Assembly: GCF_006345805.1 (NCBI RefSeq)
Contig: NC_043004.1
Coordinates: 79,174,001 to 79,238,000 of the forward strand
Length of the DNA: 64,000 nucleotides
Direction: 5' to 3'
DNA from: Octopus sinensis
Taxonomy: Eukaryota
A model generated the notes under the pieces. That model saw only the letters and a list, made by a program, of their open reading frames with translations, was not told the origin of the DNA and did no database searches. This document shows positions 11,702-25,190 of the stretch, one piece after another. A program made the position numbers and the translations under genes. Position 1 is the first letter of the stretch, and every line of letters begins with the position of its first letter.

Positions 11702-11942
11702 AGATGAGTGGTACAAAAAGTCACCAATATTTACTGGAAAATAGCATTCGATACAAATACGACGCTGTTGTAAAGTTTCACTGCGTATATACTGGCAAAG
11801 ACGTGTGTGTGCAACAAACATGAAAAATTTGTCTTACCTCTAGGAAGAACATTCGATAAATGGACAACTTAGAATCGGATAATGCAGGACTGGTTTCTGA
11901 CTCTTCAAATACGTTTGACAACGTAAATATAACGTAATCTAA

Positions 11943-11985
<43 letters not shown>

Positions 11986-12092
11986 ATATATATATAATAT
12001 GAATTAGAGATAAAACCACTATTATGCAACTCAAACAGTGATAGACATAAACCAATACATAAATAACAAATAATATAAATATAATTGATATA

Positions 12093-12133
<41 letters not shown>

Positions 12134-12613
12134 TTTTTCAAAAAGTATAAAAAGAATGGTAATACTTTTTGAAAAACAAAAAAAAGTTATATATATATAT
12201 AATATATTATATTAATTATATTTATATATTATTTGTTATTTATGTATTGGTTGCATAATAGTGGTTTTATCTCTAATTCATATTTTATATATTTATACTG
12301 TGAAATTTGATTTAATACTAAATCGAATTTTTCCCTGTAAGTTTGGAGCTATACTCCCTAATATTATATATATAATATATAACATATTATATATTACATA
12401 TTACATATTATATATTATATATATATATATAGGTAGATTACGTTATATTATAATTCATATTATACGTGTATGAATATGTGTGTGTGTGTGTGTGCGTGTG
12501 TGTGTGTGTATGTGTGTGTATGGAGAGAGAGAGACAGTGGGGAGAGATGAACTTGCTAACGTCGCTTTTATGCTAATAAAATGATGCTAAAACGGAAATT
12601 TTTACTTTTCCAG

Positions 12614-12667
12614 GGACAGCAAGGACCAGCAGGCCCTATTGGATTATCTGGACTTGATGGGAGAAAG
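12614..12667 (+). CDS. Collagen exon, 54 bp (GQQGPAGPIGLSGLDGRK)
   Basis: tttacttttccAG acceptor, six Gly-X-Y triplets, AAG/GTAACA donor. Confidence 0.94.
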
Positions 12668-12777
12668 GTAACATCTATTTCTTTTACTTCTAAACAATTT
12701 AGATCACTTTAACACTTTTGTTAACTTATTTTTGTTGAAATGCGTTGATGTGTTTCGATTAATTTTGAAAAATATAT

Positions 12778-13263
<486 letters not shown>

Positions 13264-13362
13264 GAACTTAGTGGAAAAACTTTATCATTATTAAGCCGGT
13301 GTTTGGGTCGTAAGCTAAGGAAATTTCAATGGATCATTTCAATTTGTATTACTTTAGAATAG

Positions 13363-13416
13363 GGAATTTCTATGATTGACCCAGGGGCATCTGGGACAAG
13401 ATGGTACCAAAAAAAG
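13363..13416 (+). other. Cryptic 54-bp exon-like unit, possibly a degenerate collagen exon
   Basis: aatAG/GGA start and AAG/GTATCC end, exactly 54 bp. In frame it reads GISMIDPGASGTRWYQKK; the shifted frame gives GHLGQDGTK. Confidence 0.35.
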
Positions 13417-13528
13417 GTATCCCTTTTGTTAACTATATTTTTATTGAAATACATTGCCTTTGTTTTATTTACTTCGAAGCAAATAAATAATTTAGTTAAA
13501 TAATTGTCATTATTAAGCTGGTGCTTAA

Positions 13529-14132
13529 GGCGGTGAGCTGGCAGAAACGTTAGCACGCCGGGCGAAATGCTTAGCGGTATTTCGTCTGCCGTTACTTTCT
13601 GAGTTCAAATTCCGCCGAGGTCGACTTTGCCTTTCATCCTTTCAGGGTCGATAAATTAAGTACCATTTACGCACTGGGGTCGATGTAAACGACCTAATCC
13701 CTTTGTCTGCCCTTGTTTGCCCTCTCTATGTTTAGCCCCTTGTAGGTAATAAAGAAATAAGAATTGTTAGCACGCTGGACGAAATGCTTACCGATATTTC
13801 ACCTGTCTCTATGTTCTGAGTTCAAGTACCAGTTGCGTACTGGGGTCGATCTAATCGACTGGTCCCCTCCCCACAAAAAAATTCGGGTCTTGTGCCTAGA
13901 GTAGAAAAGATTATTAAGTTGGTAGTTAAGGTGGCTAGCTGACATTAGCACGCTGGACGAAATACTAGCAGTGTTTCGCCCGTCGCTACGTTCTGAGTTC
14001 AAATTCTGCTGAGATCGACTTTACCTTTCATCCTTACGGGATCGATAAAATAAGTATCAGTGGACCACTGGGGTCGATGTAATCGACTCTTCCCCTCCCC
14101 CAAAATTATTGCCCTTGTGGAAAAATTTGAAA
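13529..14132 (+). mobile_element. Multimeric SINE family A array
   Basis: Three successive family A bodies. Confidence 0.85.
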
Positions 14133-14603
14133 CTATTATTAACCTGGTGGTTGGACTATGAATTAGCGTGAAATTTTATTGGGACGTTTTAATTTGGACC
14201 ATTTTAAAACAGGAAGTTTGTATCACAGATGCAGGGGTGGTCTCATGTGGGTTGACTGCAAAAAGGATAGACCTACTGAAGTACCCTATGATATGCGAGA
14301 CGTCTTGGAGACAGAAACTTTATCAGTGGGGATGGCATTAATGTTTTTAGCGGGAAAGGGAAGTTATTCATGTAAAAAGATGTCACTTCAGTTCCATTGC
14401 CGGCTGATGTTCAAGATTTTACAGGTTTCGTCCGATAAAGTATCTCGAGATTTTCCTACACATCAAACAGGTTATTTTGATTATTGTTTTTGTGTGTATG
14501 TCTCTACCTAATATCGACACACACATACACACACGGGCACGCACGCACATATGCACATACTCCCACACATACACGCATACATACACATATATGTATATAT
14601 TTC

Positions 14604-15029
14604 TTTATTGCCCACAAGGGGCTAAACATAGAGGTGGACTAAACACAGAGAGGACAAACAAGGACAGACAAAGGAATTAAGTCGATTATATCGATCCCAG
14701 TGTGAAACTGGTACTTTATCTATCGACCCCGAAAGGATGAAAGGCAAAGTCGACCTCGGCGGAATTTAAACTCAGAACGTAACGGCAGACGAAATACCTA
14801 TTTCTTTATTACCCACAAGGGGCTAAACACAGAGGGGACAAACAAAGACAGACATAGGTATTAAGTCGATTACATCGACCCCAGTGTGTAACTGGTACTT
14901 AATTTATCGACCCCGAAAGGATGAAAGGCAAAGTTGACCTCGGCGGAGTTCGAACTCACAACGTAACGCAGACGAAATACCGCTAAGCATTTCGCCCGGC
15001 GTGCTAACGTTTCTGCCAGCTCGCCGCCT
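14604..15029 (-). mobile_element. Dimeric SINE family A
   Basis: Two bodies joined at aaagaaataggtatttcgtc (minus strand). Confidence 0.85.
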
Positions 15030-15309
15030 TCATATGTATAATGTTTTTGCATATATGTATAATGTTTCTGAAAGTTAGGCATGATAACTTAGTGGGATCT
15101 AAGTAAAAAAAAGTCAATAAAATTTTCAAATGAAGTTGTAAATGAAACTTAGCTTGTGTATGTATATGTGTGCGTCCATGTGTGTGTACGTGAGCACGTG
15201 TTTATGTATATGTATATGTATATATAGGTACAGGAGTGGCTGTTTGGAAAGAAGATTGCTTCTCATCCACATGGTTCCGAGTTCATTCCTACCTCGTGGC
15301 ACCTTGGGC

Positions 15310-15355
<46 letters not shown>

Positions 15356-16083
15356 CATACATACATACATACATACATACATACATACATACATACATAC
15401 ACATATATATACATATATATATGCATATATATATACACATACATATATACATAATACATACACACGTGTTTGTATGAAAGAGAGAGAGATAATAAAAATG
15501 GTATCAGCGGTGCAGGTCTCGCTATAATTTAATTAAGTGAATATTAATATACTTAATGTAATGAACCAAAGTAATTCAATTAATTACAGATATCCTCTTA
15601 ATGAGGAGAAGGAAAAATTATCGTTGGTTTAATGACTGATTTTGATCAAGAAAGGGAAGGGAGATAACTCTGAAATTAAAGTTAGTTAATATTGATTAAA
15701 AACTGACTGATGAAGGTATATAGTGGAAAGTGAAGTCGATCTCTGGCAAGTATTATTACAACTCAAAGCATGTTTCCGTCTTTAAAGCTATGCCCCAGCA
15801 TGGCCACCGTTCAATTATTAGTCATTCTTTTTTTTCTTTCAATCACATATCAGTACAATGTAATAAGTAAACTTTCTAAACTTTTATCCAATTATTTGCT
15901 ATGACATTACATCTGGAATCGGATTTTAGTATTCTCTTATGATTTTACGAAGATATCTCCTTCACATACATAACAAACTGGTTGATAGTCGTAAAAAACC
16001 AAAACAAAGAATTTACTTGTTTAGAATAGACGTATTCCCTCCACTGTTATACTTTCAAAGTGTGGACAGTTCATCATGGCTTG

Positions 16084-16456
16084 CAGATTCACGAAGTATA
16101 CAATATTCTTTTCTACTCTAAGCACAAGGCCCGAAATTTTGGGGGAGGGGGCCAGTCGATTACATCGAGCCCAGTACGCAACTGGTACTTAATTTATCGA
16201 CTCCGAAAGGATGAAAGGCAAAGTCGACCTCAGCGGAATTTGAACTCAGATCATAAAAATAGACGAAATACCTATTTCTTTACTACCCACAAGGGGATAA
16301 ACACAGAGAGGACAAACAAGGACAAACGGATTAAGTCGATTATATCGACCCCAGTAACTGGTACTTAATTATCGACCCCGAAAGAACGTAGCGGCAGACG
16401 AAATACCGCTGAGCATTTCACCCGGCGTGTTAACGGTTCTGCCAGCTCGCCGCCTT
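16084..16456 (-). mobile_element. Dimeric/rearranged SINE family A
   Basis: Same junction as the 14604 copy. Confidence 0.8.
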
Positions 16457-16765
16457 CGAAGTATACTTTATTAAGAGATAAATCATGAAATTTCTATTGA
16501 AGTAAAAATAGTTACAAAATATATTTGCAGTTAATTTTAAGCATTCAAGCTTTTTTCTTTTATTTATGTATTACATAAATTGTCTGGTTAACAGCTTATT
16601 TTGATAGAAATATTTTTAAGTGGTTCTAGGGTGGTGGATTGACACAATCGACAGAACCGTGGACAAATGGCTTGTGATATTTCTTCGGGTTTTCCAAGTT
16701 CTGGGTTCAACTCACGCTGGGATCAAATTTGCATTTCATTCATTAAATATCAATAAAATAAAGAA

Positions 16766-17001
16766 CATTAATCCCTCGACTATCGCGGGTGTTACGTTCC
16801 AAAACCTCCCACAGAAATAATTAAAATCGAAAAAGTTACAAATACCTATCAGCCGCAGAAACACGCGATATACTGAGGATTCCGCGATATAAATTTACAT
16901 ATTAGCCAGACAAATCCGCGATGTACTGAATGCTTGAAAGGTGAACTGCGATGTACTGAGTGCGCGATCGGTGAACCGCGATATGGCATGGGGAAACTGT
17001 A
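16766..17001. mobile_element. Tigger/pogo-like MITE
   Basis: Left end cattaatccctcgactatcgcgg, right end ccgcgatatggcatggggaaactgTA, and six internal (C)GCGAT motifs. Confidence 0.55.
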
Positions 17002-17796
17002 GAAATACTATCATCAACTTATTCGACTAACCAACTCCCCTCAAAATTACTAACCTCGCGCCCAAAGCAGAAACTACTGTAAGGCAACAAGCTGGCGGAT
17101 CCGTTAGAGCGTCGGTAAAAATATTTTGCGCTATTTCTACTGACTTTTTACTTTCTGGGTTCAAATCCTGCTAAGTCATATTTGCTTTTCGGAATTGATA
17201 AAATAAAGTATCAGTCGAGTAATTAGATTGATTTAATCGTCCAGTTCCCTCTTCCCCAAACTGTTGGTTTTTTGCCCATATGAAAATTGATTAAGGAAAG
17301 CTGATGGAAAGAATCGTCTGTGTGTCAGAAAAAGTACCTCTCGCAGTAATTTGTTTCGGATCTTTACGTCCCACGTTCAACTCCCACGAAGATCAACTTT
17401 GCTTTCAGTCCTTTCGGGTTCGATAAAATACTGTACTATAACCAAGTGCTGAGGGTCGGTGTAATCGATTAAAATCCTCTTCCACTAAAATACCACTGAC
17501 CTTGTACATAAATTAGAGGTACACATTTAACTGGTTCTGTGAAAAAAATTAAAAGCCATGTTCAGTGAGGACGAAAGAAAAAATCAATGACTAGACAACT
17601 CTCATAATCTTTTCTACTCTAGGCACAGGGGTTGAAATTTTGGGGGAGGGGCCAGTCGATTAGATCGACCCCAGTACGCAACTGGTACTTAATCTGTCGA
17701 CCCCGAAAGGATAAAAGGCAAAGCCGACCTCGGCGGAATTTGAAATCAGAACGTAGAGACAGACGACTGACAATTCTGATAATAAATCGTATGTCT

Positions 17797-18197
17797 TTTA
17801 CTTCTTTCAGTCATGAGATTGTGGCCATGTTGGGGCACCGCCTTGAAGCGGTTTAGTGGAACAAAATGACCCCAGCACTTAATTTTCTTTTTAAGCCTGA
17901 TAATTATTTTATCGGTTGTCTTTTGCCGATCCGCTAGGTTACGGGGGACGTAAACACACTAGCACTGGTTTTGAAGTAGTGATAGGACACACACAAACAC
18001 ACGCACGCACACGTATCTATATTGATATATTGATAAATACGACGAGCTTTTTTCAATGTCTGTCAAATCCACCCACAATTTTTGGGTCGGTCGAAGGATA
18101 TAGCAGAAGATTATTGCCGAATGTGCCACGCAATGAGATTGAACCCGGAACCATGTGGCTGGGAGGTAAGCTGCTGAAACAAAGCAGCCATGCCCGC
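17797..18197 (-). mobile_element. SINE family B
   Basis: Reverse complement of the family B head, body and tail. Confidence 0.8.
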
Positions 18198-18960
18198 CCC
18201 AAATACCAAAACAGTTTTAGAACTTCACTTGTATTCTTACGGAATTCTTCGAGAAAGCGCCATTTTAAAACCACGTCAGTTTAAAATAGCTTGGATGTTT
18301 GTTTGTAGAGTCTACGTGAATTTATCAATTTGTAAAACTAAACTAATTTGTAGCTTCATGCTGTGAATTAAATTAAAATTTTAAAATAAGCATTTACAAA
18401 CGTAGGTCTTGGAACCAGAAGTTGTTCAAAGCCCAAGATTTTGTCACTGATGAAGAGATATTTAATGCTAGGTTGAAGTCGAGTAAAATACGCTTGTACA
18501 TTTTATATGCACTGCAAGTTTCAGATAACGTTATTGCCATTTGTGTCTGTGTGTACGCGTGCGCATGCGTGTGTACTTAATGAGAGGGGACATAAATAAA
18601 AAGACATAAAAGTAATTAGTGAATTAGTGAAAATCCAGACGGAATCGCATCTAATTAAGGCACAAATGTTATTAAGTTTTATCCCTGTGATTTATTTATA
18701 ATTTTGGGAGTTTAAACCAGCAGTTGTTAATTTGGGCAACAACATGCCCTTGGAAAGAGCCTTGTGAGCACACTAGGGGTTGCAATATGTCATGGAGGCG
18801 GCGTTATGGGTGGCTCTGGGTGTTTAGAGTGGATGGCATTTTTCTTTAGAAATAAAATATTTAGACCGGGTACAATAATTAGAGTTTAAAAAACATTTTT
18901 AAAAATGTTCTTTCTCGGGATTAAAATTAGAAAAAGACATTGTGTTGTCGGTGAATAGAG

Positions 18961-19040
<80 letters not shown>

Positions 19041-19078
19041 CACACACACACACACACACACATAGATATTTATGTATA

Positions 19079-19316
19079 CATATTCTGTTGTGTCGGGGGA
19101 GAGTCTTTCTCTTTTAGCGGCTTATAATTTAACACACTCACCGGCAAAATTTCCACTCATTTACTTATTTATTTTTCTCAAATTTTCGTTGAAAAGATTG
19201 CAAGACGCAACGAAAATTTTAGAAAAATATATAAATGAGTGGAAATTTTACCGGTGAATGTGTTAAATTATAAGGCACTAAAAGAGATTGGCTCTCCCCA
19301 GACACAACAGAATATG
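19079..19316. mobile_element. Foldback element/MITE with about 110-bp imperfect inverted arms
   Basis: catattctgttgtgtc..ttataatttaacacactcaccgg..aattttcgttg, 16-nt loop, caacgaaaatt..ccggtgaatgtgttaaattataa..gacacaacagaatatg. Confidence 0.8.
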
Positions 19317-19458
19317 CTCCAACACACGAACTCACATAAAGAATCTTGTAAACCAAATCCAAAAACGAAATATATATACATACTTATAATGGAATAGTTA
19401 CTATGAAGCATTGTTTTGCCCTTACCCACGATCCTTTATACACTATACATACTTAAAA

Positions 19459-19689
19459 GGCGGCGAGCTGGCAGACTCGTTAGCGAGCCGGGTGAAATGC
19501 TTAGCGGTAGTTCGTCTGTCGTTACGTTCTGAGTTCAAATTCTGCCGAGGTCGACTTTGCCTTTCATCCTTTCGGGGTCGATAAATAAAGTACCAGTTTC
19601 GCAGTGGGGTCGATGTAATCGACTTAATCGGTTTGTCTGTCCTTGTTTGTCCCCTCTATGTTTAGCCCCTTGTGGGCAATAAAGAAATA
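19459..19689 (+). mobile_element. SINE family A with 12-bp target-site duplication
   Basis: TATACATACTTA at 19444-19455 and 19690-19701. Confidence 0.9.
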
Positions 19690-21137
19690 TATACATACTT
19701 ATATAGACATATGCGTACATGTAAATCCCAAATAAAATTGTATTTCATTTTTAAGCTCTTATGAAGCTAAAGGGTGATACACAAGCATTCGACTATGGGT
19801 GTATTGTATCTCATGGCAAAGACAGCTGTAATCTAACGAAGTCTGTAACATAATTTCATTTTTAATTCCTCGCCTTCTTTGATAATTTCAATAAAATTTT
19901 AACTTTGAGTGGCACCAGTCCATGCAAATATGTAATAGATACATATTGGATGGAATAATAAACTAATGGTCAAGATTATCTTCTGTTAGACTATAATATT
20001 TTGCTAGATTTTGGTGACGTGGTTGTTTGCAAAAAGCAGGAAGTTAAGAGACTGAAAAACGCTGCCCAGAGAAACGTTTGGTGTAAACACAATTTCTAAA
20101 GTTTGCTTAATACCAGAAATGTTACTCTGAAATAAAATTACATAGACCTTACAAAACCCGGATTCTGTATCATTTAACTGTTGTGAAGTTGTTAAAATAA
20201 AACATTTTCATAGTGTAGATATCTATCAAGGAAACTCTTAACTACAAATAGAATATTCAAACGAACACAAACACTATGTTTTGACCTTAATACCAATTAG
20301 TATTCGGGATCAATCAGACATCATTTTGTAGACGTTGCAGCGAATTTCACTACAACAATAAACAAAATATTTATATACATTCAGTAAGTGTTTCCTACAA
20401 AGAAACTCAGACATGGTATTATCTTCAGTCTTTTGGTTTAATATCAAATACTACATACTTTATAATACCAAGCCCATTTTCTTTCCCTTCCTTTCTTTCT
20501 TTTTCTTTCTTTCTTTCTTATTTTTTTCATCAAATATAATACTTTATGAACCGTTCTTACTCCACCCTCCATGAAAGACGAGAGATCTTTGGATCACGCC
20601 CATCTCTTGCTAACGGCTTTAATGATTGTTCTGGTTCCTTGTTGGGTATTGTCAATACGAATAAACACATGTTTCTCTTTTCTTAGACTGAAGACATCTG
20701 GTTCTGTTGAATTGGGGTCATTTTGAAGCATTACACCTTAGATTCAACCAACTAAAGTTTAGAGACAAGATATAACTCCAAAACATTTTATAACCTTCCC
20801 CCATTTTATTTTCATTTAAAGAACAAAACTTCAATACCCTAAGATCTCTGCCATTTTCCCTCTATTTTACATTTAAATGAAAGAAAAAAAACACCAGATT
20901 CCTTCCTTCCATGTGTATAATTAATTAAGATTTGACAAAAAACGTGTTTGTTTATTTTGTATTTTTGACTTTCAAAGTTAAAACATTTGCAGGAAGTATA
21001 TAAATTATACCCACATTTGGTGACCGTAAATTATTTTTTTTAAAAAGTGACTACCAAAAAATATTCTAGTTTCCCGTCTATTTCTCATTATCTAAGTTTC
21101 TGCTTCAGTATTTACCAATATCTGTCAGTCAAAATTA

Positions 21138-21214
<77 letters not shown>

Positions 21215-21888
21215 GGGATCTTTTATTTTCTTCCATGTCCCTTAAATCATTTTCTTTTCTGGTTCGTATAAGCTCTGATATCATATCAACGACATTACGC
21301 CTTGTAATTAGTACGGTAGGAACAACACATAAAGTGATGTATGACAGCTAATTACTGAAAGAAGTCAACTCACTTAGGAGACCTGACACGTCGCAAGTTG
21401 AAACCCTGCAATTGAGAAAGGGTCGCCGAGCTGTACCGTTTATCTGAATGTGTCACAGACATCATACTTTGATTAACTGTGTTTTAGCTAACCGGATGAA
21501 TTCCATGTTCTAACAAACGATAGATTTTTGCAAGTTGTGAAACCAGGACAACTGTGTGGGGGAAATTTCGTTACAGTGGCAAGCGGAATTTGAAAACCTA
21601 TATATCCAAAAAGAAAGAGTAAAGACGGTTGCTTCTGATAAGGGTCCTCAGATGATTCCCTCTGGAAGTATCAAACCCCATGAATCTCCTAGGAATTGTG
21701 AGCAGCGAAAATGGATGGGTTGGTTGATAGAAATATCATTTCTATTCTCACCCAATCTGCTCAGTATTTAGTGAGATTCACTTCTCTATTGGGAAGCATA
21801 TTATTTTAATTTGAACACGTGATATGCTGGTCTGCCTTGGCGTCAGTTATTGTGAAGGAGATAATCATTTCTAGACTTTATAGACTGG

Positions 21889-21937
21889 TCGTTTTTCGTT
21901 GCTCATCGATTTTGAATCGATGAGCAACGAAAAACGA
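21889..21937. repeat. Perfect 23-bp inverted repeat with 3-nt loop
   Basis: TCGTTTTTCGTTGCTCATCGATT-ttg-AATCGATGAGCAACGAAAAACGA. Confidence 0.95.
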
Positions 21938-22483
21938 GGCACTTTTTAATACTTTTTCTTTACTCATTACGAAGATCTTAACTTTTCTAGTCATAGATCA
22001 CCGTGTATAGCACCATTTTATTCTTTTTTGAAATCCTCAGCATGACATAACAATAGGCAGATAAATTACAGAAGCTTGTAAGCATATTTACTCGTTACAT
22101 CGAAAGATCGTGCGAGCACAGAGAAACCTCTATGTTCGTGGATATGTAAATCCTCTTTTGTGCTAATTTTGATACTTTGGGGATCGATCATGCCAGTTAC
22201 TGTTGCTAATCTTGATTTAATTGACATGTAGACTAAATGAATAAAAATGCTGATAATCAGATTATTAAAGTCCAATCTTACAATTGTCTATAGAATACAA
22301 TAAGAAATATTCTAGTCACAAACTCATGCGCGAGAAATCTCGAATTCAACCTCGAATACACAAAAAAGAGGCAAATGGATCCCTGTTTCCATATCTGGTG
22401 CGGTACTACTGCAGATAGACGCAGACATCCTAGATTTGTTATCGAACCTTAGACGTTATTGTCATGACACAGGGCGGTGTGCT

Positions 22484-22685
22484 GGCAGAAACGTTAGCAC
22501 GCCGGGCGGAATGCTTTGCGGTATTTCGTCTGTCTTTACATTCTGAGTTCAAATTCCGCCGAGGTCGACTTTGCCATTCATCCCTTCGGGGTCGATAAAT
22601 TAAGTATCAGTTGCGTACTGGGGTCGATCTAATTGACTGGCCACCCCCAAAAAATTTCGGGCCTTGTGTCTAGAGTAGAAAAGAT
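22484..22685 (+). mobile_element. SINE family A
   Basis: Near-consensus body. Confidence 0.88.
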
Positions 22686-22979
22686 TATTGTCATGATTCA
22701 TGGGACTCATAGGGCCGATCTCAACATTACTCCTGAACGAGACGGCAGTGCAACGCAAGGTTACTTATTTGTAGCAGAGCAGATTGGAACAACATGAAAT
22801 GAAGTGTTTTGCTCAAGAACACAACTCGCTGCCAGCTCCAGGAATTGAAACTGTGATCGTGAGTGCAAGAACCTAAACACTTGGTCACACAATCCTAGAC
22901 TGCGTCAAAATACATAAATAAAATAAACATCTGAAATAATTGTCATGAATTCGCTCACCAATCCACTTCAATTCCTGAC

Positions 22980-23250
22980 CCACAGACATGTTGTCTATCT
23001 CACTTTACTTTGTCTATTCCTGATACAATGATCTTTGTTCCTCACATCTGCATAATAATCAACCACCTCTACTCATACACCACCGATCTACTCACATCTC
23101 TTCCATCCGTCTCCAATATCAAACCCCACCACCACTACCTCAACCCGGGCGCCGCAATAACCAATATACACAGTTCTTTCTTCCTAGAACGTCATTCTGC
23201 TGGAATTCCCTTTCTGTCCAAGATTTCTCTCCTTTAACCAACAACTTGTA
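22980..23250 (+). mobile_element. CR1/L2-type LINE 3' fragment
   Basis: Reads FFLPRTSFCWNSL, similar to the FFPRT..WNSLP motif near the ORF2 C-terminus. Confidence 0.4.
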
Positions 23251-23875
23251 ACTATAACAAGTGCTACACCAAAAAGCGAGCGATCCCAGTTGTCTCGAAG
23301 AAGCTTCGGCGACCATAAACCTGGTGCTCTTCCTCCACGTTTAATTATTGATAACGAAAACAAAAATTAAGTTACATAATTACGGTGTGCAATCTTTTTG
23401 ATCTGTAGACCAACCCTGACAGGTTATATTCGAGAGGAACAGTGAGGTTCACAATACTGGAAGAATTACTTTAGAAAGTCACCGATGTATTAAATTCTGT
23501 TTGGCATTGCCAGATATTTGCCCCCAACAATTAGGAGAGTATTGCAGTGAGCTTGACTGTGTGGAAGGATGGTGTTCTTTGAGATGTCGCGTAAGTTTGA
23601 TACGTGACGTAGATAGAGTGACGAACGGTAAAGTTCTTAGACGAGCAGATACCAGCAGAAATCTGCTGAACGACATATGAAGGCGGTGGCAAATGGGTAA
23701 ATTCACTGGAAAGCGTGGGAGATAACATGTTGAACATTTAGCGGCAAGTAGAAAACTGAAAGAGAGTAAATGTCAGGGAAGAGAGAAAATAGAGGACGAG
23801 AGAGAGAGAGAGGAGGGAGAGAGATACAGATGGGTGGAGACAAAGTGAGGCAAAGAGATAGATAGATAAATAAAT

Positions 23876-23906
<31 letters not shown>

Positions 23907-23989
23907 AATTGATGGTTTTAGCAGAAAGAGTCACCCAATAATTTTTGTGGGGGACAGGAAAGGGCCGAGGTCCATGATCGCCGACACCT

Positions 23990-24540
23990 GTGAGGAGGAG
24001 AAGGGGAGGAGGGGAGGGAGCGGAAGAGAGGAAACAGAAGAATGAAGAGGAAGAGGAGAGGGAGGAGAGGAAAAAGAATGAGGAGGAGGAAGAGAGGAAA
24101 CAGAAAAAGAATGAAAAGGAGGAGGAGGAGAGGAAGAAGAAGAAGAAGAAGAAGAAGGAGAAGGAGGAGGAAGAAGAAGAAGAGGGGGAGGAGGAGGAGA
24201 GGAAGCAGAAGGAGGGGAGGAAAAAGAAAGAGGAGGAGGAAGAGAGGAAGCAGAAGAAGGCGGAGGAGGGGAGGAGAGGAGGAAAAAGAAAGAGGAGGAG
24301 GAAGAGAGGAAGCAGAAGGAGGGGAGGAAAAAGAAAGAGGAGGAGAAGAGAGGAAGCAGAAGGAGGGGAGGAAAAAGAAAGAGGAGGAGGAAGAGAGGAA
24401 ACAGAAGAATGAAGAGGAAGAGGAGAGGGAGGAGAGGAAAAATAAAGAGGAGGAGGAAGAGAGGAAGGAGGAGGAAAGGAGGAGAAGAGGAGAAATGGGT
24501 AGTAGCAGTAGAAGTAGTAGTAGTAGTAGTAGTAGCGATG
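23990..24540. repeat. Purine-only (GAG/AAG)-rich low-complexity tandem region ending in (AGT)n
   Basis: Direct reading. It produces the E/K/R-rich pseudo-ORFs. Confidence 0.9.
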
Positions 24541-24739
24541 GTCTGAATGGTTAGCTCAACACTGCATAGATAAGTTTTCTTGACGCAGAGATCACAGTAA
24601 TAATTCAGAAAAGCAAAAGAACCGAATCGAAATATTCCATAAAAATCAATTCTATAAATATCAAAGAATAATCAGACACGCGACGACCATCGAAATCGAA
24701 ACCGATCGAAATGTAGTGCAAATATAAATAGTGGTTTCT

Positions 24740-24951
24740 GATTTTGGCACAAAGCCAGTAATTTTGCGGAGGAGCGGGGTAAGTCGGTTACATCCACCCC
24801 AGAGCTTACCTGGTACTTATTTTATCAACCCCGAAAGGGACGAAAGGCAAAGACAACCTCGGTGACATTTGAACTCGGAACGTAGAGCCGGACGAAATGC
24901 TGCTAAGCAATTTTGTCCGATGTACTAACGACTCGACCAGCTCGCCGTCTT
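24740..24951 (-). mobile_element. SINE family A
   Basis: Reverse complement of the family A body. Confidence 0.8.
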
Positions 24952-25060
24952 AAGTGTAGATATAAATAGTGGTTTCTAACTTTGACACAAGGCCAGCAAT
25001 TTCTGTTTGTATGTATATGTGTGTGTATTTATATCTATAACTTAACCTTATGTACTTTCT

Positions 25061-25190
25061 AAAATCTCTGACGAAGCCTAGAGAAACATCCAAATACCTC
25101 AATTTCATCTACTAATTACTTCAGTCTACTGGAGGGATAAAGGTAGAATGAGGTATTTTTACCTCTTGGCTGAAACAGCTGTAAGATATT
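25061..25190 (+). ncRNA. Type I hammerhead ribozyme with canonical core and expanded stem II (solo PLE terminal repeat or retrozyme-like)
   Basis: ATCT-CTGACGA(25068-25074)-AGCC...GGCT-GAAA(25172-25175)-CAGCTG-TA-AGAT. Inner pairing AAATACCTCA/TGAGGTATTT. Predicted cleavage after A25183. Confidence 0.8.

Noticed and set aside
21643-21700. AG/GGTCCTCAG (GPQ) possible collagen exon
   Set aside because: Gly periodicity is lost after one triplet and there is no convincing donor.
23990-24554. E/K/R-rich coiled-coil-like ORFs
   Set aside because: Purine-only low-complexity repeat open in several frames, with no splice context or true start.
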